40,826 nucleotides of DNA from Acidimicrobiia bacterium. Its GTDB lineage: Bacteria > Actinomycetota > Acidimicrobiia > Spongiisociales > UBA4744. Below, in pieces: positions 36,045 to 40,826 of this stretch (its first letter is position 1; the number at the start of each line of letters is the position of its first letter). The notes beneath the pieces were generated by a model that worked only from the letters and a program-made list of their open reading frames with translations, searched no databases and had not been told where the DNA came from. The stretch is taken from positions 1 through 40,826 of the forward strand of contig JANTGE010000003.1 in NCBI GenBank assembly GCA_024763085.1, given 5' to 3'. Made by a program: the position numbers and the translations under genes.

Positions 36045-36596
36045 ATCGCAGAGCTACGTGTCAACGGCTACATCCGGGCGCCCAAGGTCCGGGTCGTGGC
36101 ACCCGACGGCAGCCAAGTCGGAATCAAGAGACTCGAAGAGGCCCTGTGGCTGGCCGACCAGCTCGGCCTGGACCTCGTCGAGGTGGCCCCCAACGCCGAT
36201 CCGCCCGTGTGTCGGCTCATGGACTACGGCCGGTACAAGTACGAACAGTCGGTCAAGGCACGCGAAGCCCGTAAGAAGCAGACGCGCAACATCGTCAAAG
36301 AGGTGAAGTTCAAGCCGAAAATCGGCGAGCACGACTACATCATCAAACGGAACAAGGTCATCCAGTTCCTCGAACAGGGCGACAAAGTGAAGATCACGAT
36401 CTGGTTCCGCGGACGGGAAGCCAGCCGACCGGAGCTCGGTCTGAAGATCATCGACCGGCTCGTCGAAGAACTCGGCGACCGCGCCAAAGTCGTGCAGGCG
36501 CCGAAGCAGGAAGGCCGCAACATGTTCATGGTGCTGGCACCAGGGAAGGTCGAAGAGTCTGGCGACGAAGCGATCACCGAAGAGGAGACCGAATGA
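36045..36596 (+). CDS. infC: Translation initiation factor IF-3 (probable ATC start)
   Basis: LRVN..IRAPKVRVV, LDLVEVAPNADPPVCRLMDYG.YKYE, KEVKF.PKI..HDY, GDKVK..FRGRE. SD AGGAGG is 5 nt before ATC 36045 but only 2 nt before GTG 36042. Confidence 0.97.
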   Translation: MAELRVNGYIRAPKVRVVAPDGSQVGIKRLEEALWLADQLGLDLVEVAPNADPPVCRLMDYGRYKYEQSVKAREARKKQTRNIVKEVKFKPKIGEHDYIIKRNKVIQFLEQGDKVKITIWFRGREASRPELGLKIIDRLVEELGDRAKVVQAPKQEGRNMFMVLAPGKVEESGDEAITEEETE

Positions 36597-36787
36597 AACA
36601 AAAGACGCATCGCGGAGCCGCCAAACGGATCCGACGCACCGGGTCGGGGAAACTCGTCCGAGCGCGGGCAGGGCGCGGCCACCTGAAACTCGCGAAGAGC
36701 CGGAAGCGGTTCCGGCAGCTCAAGGGCTACACGGAACTCGCACCCGGCGACCGCAAGGTCGCCAAGCGCATGCTGGGAGGTAAGTAG
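36593..36787 (+). CDS. rpmI: 50S ribosomal protein L35
   Basis: MKQKTHRGAAKRIRRTGSGK..H; infC-rpmI-rplT order. Confidence 0.96.
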   Translation: MKQKTHRGAAKRIRRTGSGKLVRARAGRGHLKLAKSRKRFRQLKGYTELAPGDRKVAKRMLGGK

Positions 36788-37138
36788 ATGGCCCGCGTGA
36801 AACGAGCCGTCCACGGACGGAAGAAGCACCGCAAGGTGATGGCCAGGGCGAAGGGCTACAAGGGAGCCAAGAGCCGCCGCTTCAAGACAGCCAACGAGCA
36901 GGTCATGCACGCGATGGCGGACTCATATGCCCACCGCCGTGCGCGCAAAGGGGAGTTCCGGCGCCTTTGGATCAGCCGTATCAACGCGGCTGCCCGGCAG
37001 AACGGCACCACCTACTCGAAACTCATGGCAGATCTGAAGGCGGCAGATATCGAGGTCGACCGCAAGATGCTCGCCGACCTCGCGGTCACCGATCCGGACG
37101 CGTTCCGCAACATCGTAGAGGCAGCAAACCGCGGCTGA
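36788..37138 (+). CDS. rplT: 50S ribosomal protein L20
   Basis: MARVKR, AKGYKGAKSR, RRARKGEFRRLWISRINAAAR, DRKMLADLAV. Confidence 0.98.
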   Translation: MARVKRAVHGRKKHRKVMARAKGYKGAKSRRFKTANEQVMHAMADSYAHRRARKGEFRRLWISRINAAARQNGTTYSKLMADLKAADIEVDRKMLADLAVTDPDAFRNIVEAANRG

Positions 37139-37139
37139 G

Positions 37140-37838
37140 ATAGCATCTCCGCGTAACCCGCGAATCGTCGCCGCGGCGAAGCTGCATCAGGCAGCGGAGC
37201 GGCGACGAAGTGGTCTCGGGCTTCTGGAAGGGCCTCATCTCGTCCATGAGGCCCTGACGGCCGGAGTGACCTTCGAAGCGGTGTACAGCATCGAACCGAT
37301 GGGTATCCCCGGTGAGATCAGCATCTCGGAGGAGGTGCTGAAACGCCTCGCCGGCACCCGAAGCCCGCAAAGCCCGGTGGCAGTGTTTCGTCTTCCCGGC
37401 GAAACGCCGCCGGCCCGGTCGATGCTGGTGTTGTGGCAGGTCGCAGACCCGGGCAACGTCGGCACCCTCATCCGCAGTGCGGCGATGTTCGGCTTGGACG
37501 TGGTCACCCACGGGGGAGCGGACGTGTGGTCGCCCAAGGCGTTGCGGGCGGGGGCCGGAGCCCACTTCCACACGGCCATCTCGTCGGTCGATCGTCTCGA
37601 AGACCTCCCCCACGACGCCGCTTTGGTCGCCACCGTCGTGAGCGACGGCCTTCCCCTCGACGAGGTACCCGACGGAAGAGTCGCAGTGCTCATCGGCGCC
37701 GAGGCCCAGGGACTGCCCGATACCATCGTCGATCGGTGCGACGTGGCGGTCACCATCCAGGGTTGCGGCGATGTCGAGAGCCTCAACGCAGCCGCCGCGG
37801 GTTCGATCATCGCTTCTGTCGTCGGTTGCCGGGACTAA
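37140..37838 (+). CDS. TrmH/SpoU family RNA methyltransferase (probable ATA start 37140; first GTG 37266)
   Basis: DPGNVGTLIRSA, GAEAQGL, ESLNAAAA. In-frame upstream segment IASPRNPRIV..LH..R..LLEGPHLVHEAL is the usual N-terminus. Confidence 0.9.
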   Translation: MASPRNPRIVAAAKLHQAAERRRSGLGLLEGPHLVHEALTAGVTFEAVYSIEPMGIPGEISISEEVLKRLAGTRSPQSPVAVFRLPGETPPARSMLVLWQVADPGNVGTLIRSAAMFGLDVVTHGGADVWSPKALRAGAGAHFHTAISSVDRLEDLPHDAALVATVVSDGLPLDEVPDGRVAVLIGAEAQGLPDTIVDRCDVAVTIQGCGDVESLNAAAAGSIIASVVGCRD

Positions 37839-37850
37839 CCTGCCACCTCT

Positions 37851-38882
37851 ATGCAAGAACTCACTGAGCTGCTCGCCGCCGCACCGGGCCGCATCGACGC
37901 CGTAGGAGACTTGGAGAGCCTCGAAGCCCTGGAACGGGAGCTGATCGGCAGAGAGTCGGTCATCGCCACGATGCGCCGCAGCCTGGGCTCGCTTCCGCCC
38001 GAGGAGCGTCCCGTCGTCGGAGCCCGACTGAACGAGGCATTCACCCGGATCAGAGAGCTCCTGGCCGAACGGCGCGCGGCGTTGGAACGAGCTGCCGAAG
38101 ACCAGCTGCTCGAAGAAGAGCGCGTCGATGTGACGCTTCCCCTCGTCGACGTGCCGGTCGGGCACCGCCACCTGCTGAGCCAAACACTCGACGAGGTCAT
38201 CGACATCTTCGTGTCGCTCGGCTACGCCGTCGCGCGGGGACCGGAGGTCGAGACGTCCTACTACAACTTCGACGCCCTGAACACCCCGCCCACTCATCCG
38301 GCCCGGCTCGAGTCGGACACGCTCTACGTCGACTGGGGCGAACCTGAAGATGAGCTCGTGTTGCGAACCCACACCTCGCCCATGCAGATTCGCTACATGG
38401 AGACACACCAGCCTCCCGTGTACGTCGTCGTTCCGGGACGTGTCTACCGGGCCGACACCCTCGACGCCACCCACTCGCCCGTCTTCAATCAGGTCGAAGG
38501 ACTCGCGGTCGACGCCGACATCACCATGGCGGACCTGAAAGGAACCTTGGCGGCGTTCATGCGTGCGTTCTTTGGCAAAGAACGCACCGTGCGTCTCCTC
38601 CCACACTTCTTCCCGTTCACCGAACCTTCTGCAGAGATGCACGTCTCCTGTTTCAATTGCGACGGGTCCGGCTGCCGTGTCTGCTCCAACACCGGTTGGA
38701 TCGAACTGCTCGGCTGTGGAATGGTCGACCCCAACGTGTTCGAGGCGGTCGGCTACGATCCGGCGGCCGTGTCGGGGTTCGCCTTCGGGGTGGGTGTCGA
38801 TCGGCTTGCGTTGGTCAGACATGGCATCAACCACATCAAGCATTTGTACGAGAACGACCTGCGCGTGTTGGAGCAGTTCTGA
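37851..38882 (+). CDS. pheS: Phenylalanine--tRNA ligase alpha subunit
   Basis: NFDALN.P..HPAR, LRTHTSPMQ, PGRVYR, THSPVFNQVEGL, FPFTEPSAE, GFAFGVGVDR. Confidence 0.98.
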   Translation: MQELTELLAAAPGRIDAVGDLESLEALERELIGRESVIATMRRSLGSLPPEERPVVGARLNEAFTRIRELLAERRAALERAAEDQLLEEERVDVTLPLVDVPVGHRHLLSQTLDEVIDIFVSLGYAVARGPEVETSYYNFDALNTPPTHPARLESDTLYVDWGEPEDELVLRTHTSPMQIRYMETHQPPVYVVVPGRVYRADTLDATHSPVFNQVEGLAVDADITMADLKGTLAAFMRAFFGKERTVRLLPHFFPFTEPSAEMHVSCFNCDGSGCRVCSNTGWIELLGCGMVDPNVFEAVGYDPAAVSGFAFGVGVDRLALVRHGINHIKHLYENDLRVLEQF

Positions 38883-40826
38883 TGAGAGTGTCGCTGCGTT
38901 GGCTCAAGGAGTTCATCGATCTCCCAACGGATGATCCCGCGGAACTGGCCGAAGTGTTCGCGTCCCTTGGCCACGAGGTCGAAGGCGTGGAACATCTCGA
39001 AGCGCCGTTCAGCGGTGTGGTCGTAGGGAAGGTCGAACATGTCGAGCCCCACCCGAACGCGGACCGGCTTCGGTTTTGTCGGGTCCGGGTCGGCGACGGT
39101 ACCCACGACGTCGTCTGTGGTGCGTGGAACTTCGAAGCCGGCGCCGTGGTCCCGGTGTCGCTGCCTGGCGCCACGCTTGCCAACGGCATGGAGGTGGGAC
39201 TGCGTGCCATTCGGGGCATCGAGTCGTTCGGCATGATCTGTTCGGAAGGAGAGCTGGGGATCGGAGATGATGCCGAGGGGATCCTCGTCCTCGAAGACGA
39301 TACCGTGGCGCCTGGAACCGACTTCGCCGAGCTGCTGCCGTATCCGGACGTCGTCTTCGACCTGTCCATCACTCCGAACCGACCCGACGCGATGTCCATT
39401 CATGGGATCGCGAGAGATCTTGGGGCCTACTACCGGCTGCCGGTGCGGATGCCACCCACCGAGGTGGCCGAAGCAGGGCCCGATTCGGACGTTGTCGTCG
39501 AGATCGACGATCCCGATGGAGCTCCAAGGTATGTGGGACGGGAAGTGCGTCAGGTGGCCGTCGGCCGCTCACCGCTCTGGATGCGACTGCGCTTGAGAGA
39601 TGCGGGGGTTCGTCCGATCAGCAACATCGTCGACATCACCAACTACGTGCTGCTCGAGTTGGGCCAGCCGCTGCATGGGTTCGATCTCGACAAGGTCGCC
39701 GACCACACGGTCATCGTGCGGCGCGCCCGACCAGGCGAGCACCTGCGTACGCTGGACGGCGTCGAACGTGAGCTCACCGAGGAGGATCTCGTCATCGCCG
39801 ATCCGAGCGGGCCCATCGCGATCGCCGGAGTGATGGGAGGTGAGTCCTCCGAAGTGGGTGATGGCACGAGTCGTGTGCTCATCGAAGCCGCTCACTTCGA
39901 CCCGCCGAGCGTGCTCTTTACGGCGAAGCGGCATGGTCTTCGCACGGAGGCGTCCGCACGTTTCGAACGCGGTGTAGACCCCGAACTCCCGCCGATAGCG
40001 GCAGATCGCGCCGCTCGACTGATGAGCGAAATCGCAGGAGGGCTCGTCGCCGCGCCGCTCGTCGACGCCTATCCGAAGCCACATCAACCAGTGCACATCC
40101 CTTTCCCGATCTCCGAGGTCTCCCGTCTGACCGGCGTCGAGTTGCCGGCAGGGGAGGTCGTAGACATCCTTTCCCGACTCGGTTTTGAGGTTTCGGGCGG
40201 GGACGTCCTGGATGTGGTCGCGCCGTCGTTCCGTCCCGATGTGACAAGGCCGGCCGACCTGGTAGAGGAGGTGGCTCGGCTCTACGGCTACGACAAGATC
40301 CCCGAACGAGTTCGGGTCGGCACCGGTGCAGGGTTCTCACCAGACGACCGCCTGCTGCGACGCATCGGTTCGGTCCTCACTGGTATGGGCATCCACGAAG
40401 CAGCGACGTTGTCATTCGTAGCCGAAGAGGACCTGCGCCGTATGGGACACGACGGCGGTGTCGTGAGAGTCCGGAACCCGCTACGGGACGATCAGGCCGT
40501 GCTGCGCCCGACCCTTCTCCCCGGCCTCCTCGAGGCGGTACGGTTCAACGTGGGATACGGAGCCAAGAGGGTTGCGCTGTTCGAAACCGGACGGGTGTTC
40601 CTCGACCGCCCTGACGACGACGATCCGCGCATTCCGGCACAGCCACAGCGACTTGGCGTGGTCGTTCTCGGTCCGCTCGCTTCGGATGGGCCCGACTCGA
40701 ACGTGTTTCTCGCCACGGCGATCCTTCGCGGCCTTGGTGATGCACTCGGCGTCTCATTCACCCTCCAACAGGGGGAGCAGCTGCCGATGCATCCGGGACG
40801 AGGAGGCCAGGTGCGGTTGGACGATA
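38882..40826 (+). CDS. pheT: Phenylalanine--tRNA ligase beta subunit (truncated by window end)
   Basis: ATG 38882 overlaps the pheS stop; MRVSLRWLKEF, HPNADRL, VCGAWN, GMICSEGELG, TPNRPD, RPISNIVDITNYVLLELGQPLH.FD, RFERGVDP. Confidence 0.97.
   Translation, partial: MRVSLRWLKEFIDLPTDDPAELAEVFASLGHEVEGVEHLEAPFSGVVVGKVEHVEPHPNADRLRFCRVRVGDGTHDVVCGAWNFEAGAVVPVSLPGATLANGMEVGLRAIRGIESFGMICSEGELGIGDDAEGILVLEDDTVAPGTDFAELLPYPDVVFDLSITPNRPDAMSIHGIARDLGAYYRLPVRMPPTEVAEAGPDSDVVVEIDDPDGAPRYVGREVRQVAVGRSPLWMRLRLRDAGVRPISNIVDITNYVLLELGQPLHGFDLDKVADHTVIVRRARPGEHLRTLDGVERELTEEDLVIADPSGPIAIAGVMGGESSEVGDGTSRVLIEAAHFDPPSVLFTAKRHGLRTEASARFERGVDPELPPIAADRAARLMSEIAGGLVAAPLVDAYPKPHQPVHIPFPISEVSRLTGVELPAGEVVDILSRLGFEVSGGDVLDVVAPSFRPDVTRPADLVEEVARLYGYDKIPERVRVGTGAGFSPDDRLLRRIGSVLTGMGIHEAATLSFVAEEDLRRMGHDGGVVRVRNPLRDDQAVLRPTLLPGLLEAVRFNVGYGAKRVALFETGRVFLDRPDDDDPRIPAQPQRLGVVVLGPLASDGPDSNVFLATAILRGLGDALGVSFTLQQGEQLPMHPGRGGQVRLDD

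Noticed and set aside
38645-38700. CFNC...CRVC cysteine cluster in PheS
   Set aside because: Common insertion in PheS of many Gram-positive lineages; not unusual.

Overview
High-GC bacterial chromosome segment, all genes on the + strand. It is almost certainly Actinomycetota (mIHF, actinobacterial-type RpoZ, aspS-rarA-alaS-ruvX-mltG...aroCKB-efp-nusB-pyr-mihF-gmk-rpoZ-coaBC-metK-priA-def-fmt-rpe-rib-infC-rpmI-rplT-pheST synteny), plausibly Acidimicrobiia (inference). Most of the window is core housekeeping, with an FMN riboswitch, a PyrR attenuator and an L20-type leader. The standout is a ~10.5 kb monoderm type IVa pilus cluster (5784-16238) between mltG and aroC: DUF4388 protein, pilB, a PilT with a PilB-like MshEN/N1 N-terminal extension, pilC, two tandem pilins, pilD, pilMNO and a non-lipoprotein PilP-like gene, with no pilQ. 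Four intergenic positions in the cluster carry the same sigma-28/WhiG-like promoter, STCAAG-N15-RYCGAYR, and a 108-nt nested foldback with a GTAC heptamer core sits before the major pilin. An orphan REC-GGDDF protein lies between rpe and the rib operon. Several coupled genes (nusB, priA, trmH-family, infC) appear to need AUC/AUA start codons. All calls are by eye from motifs; no database searches were run.
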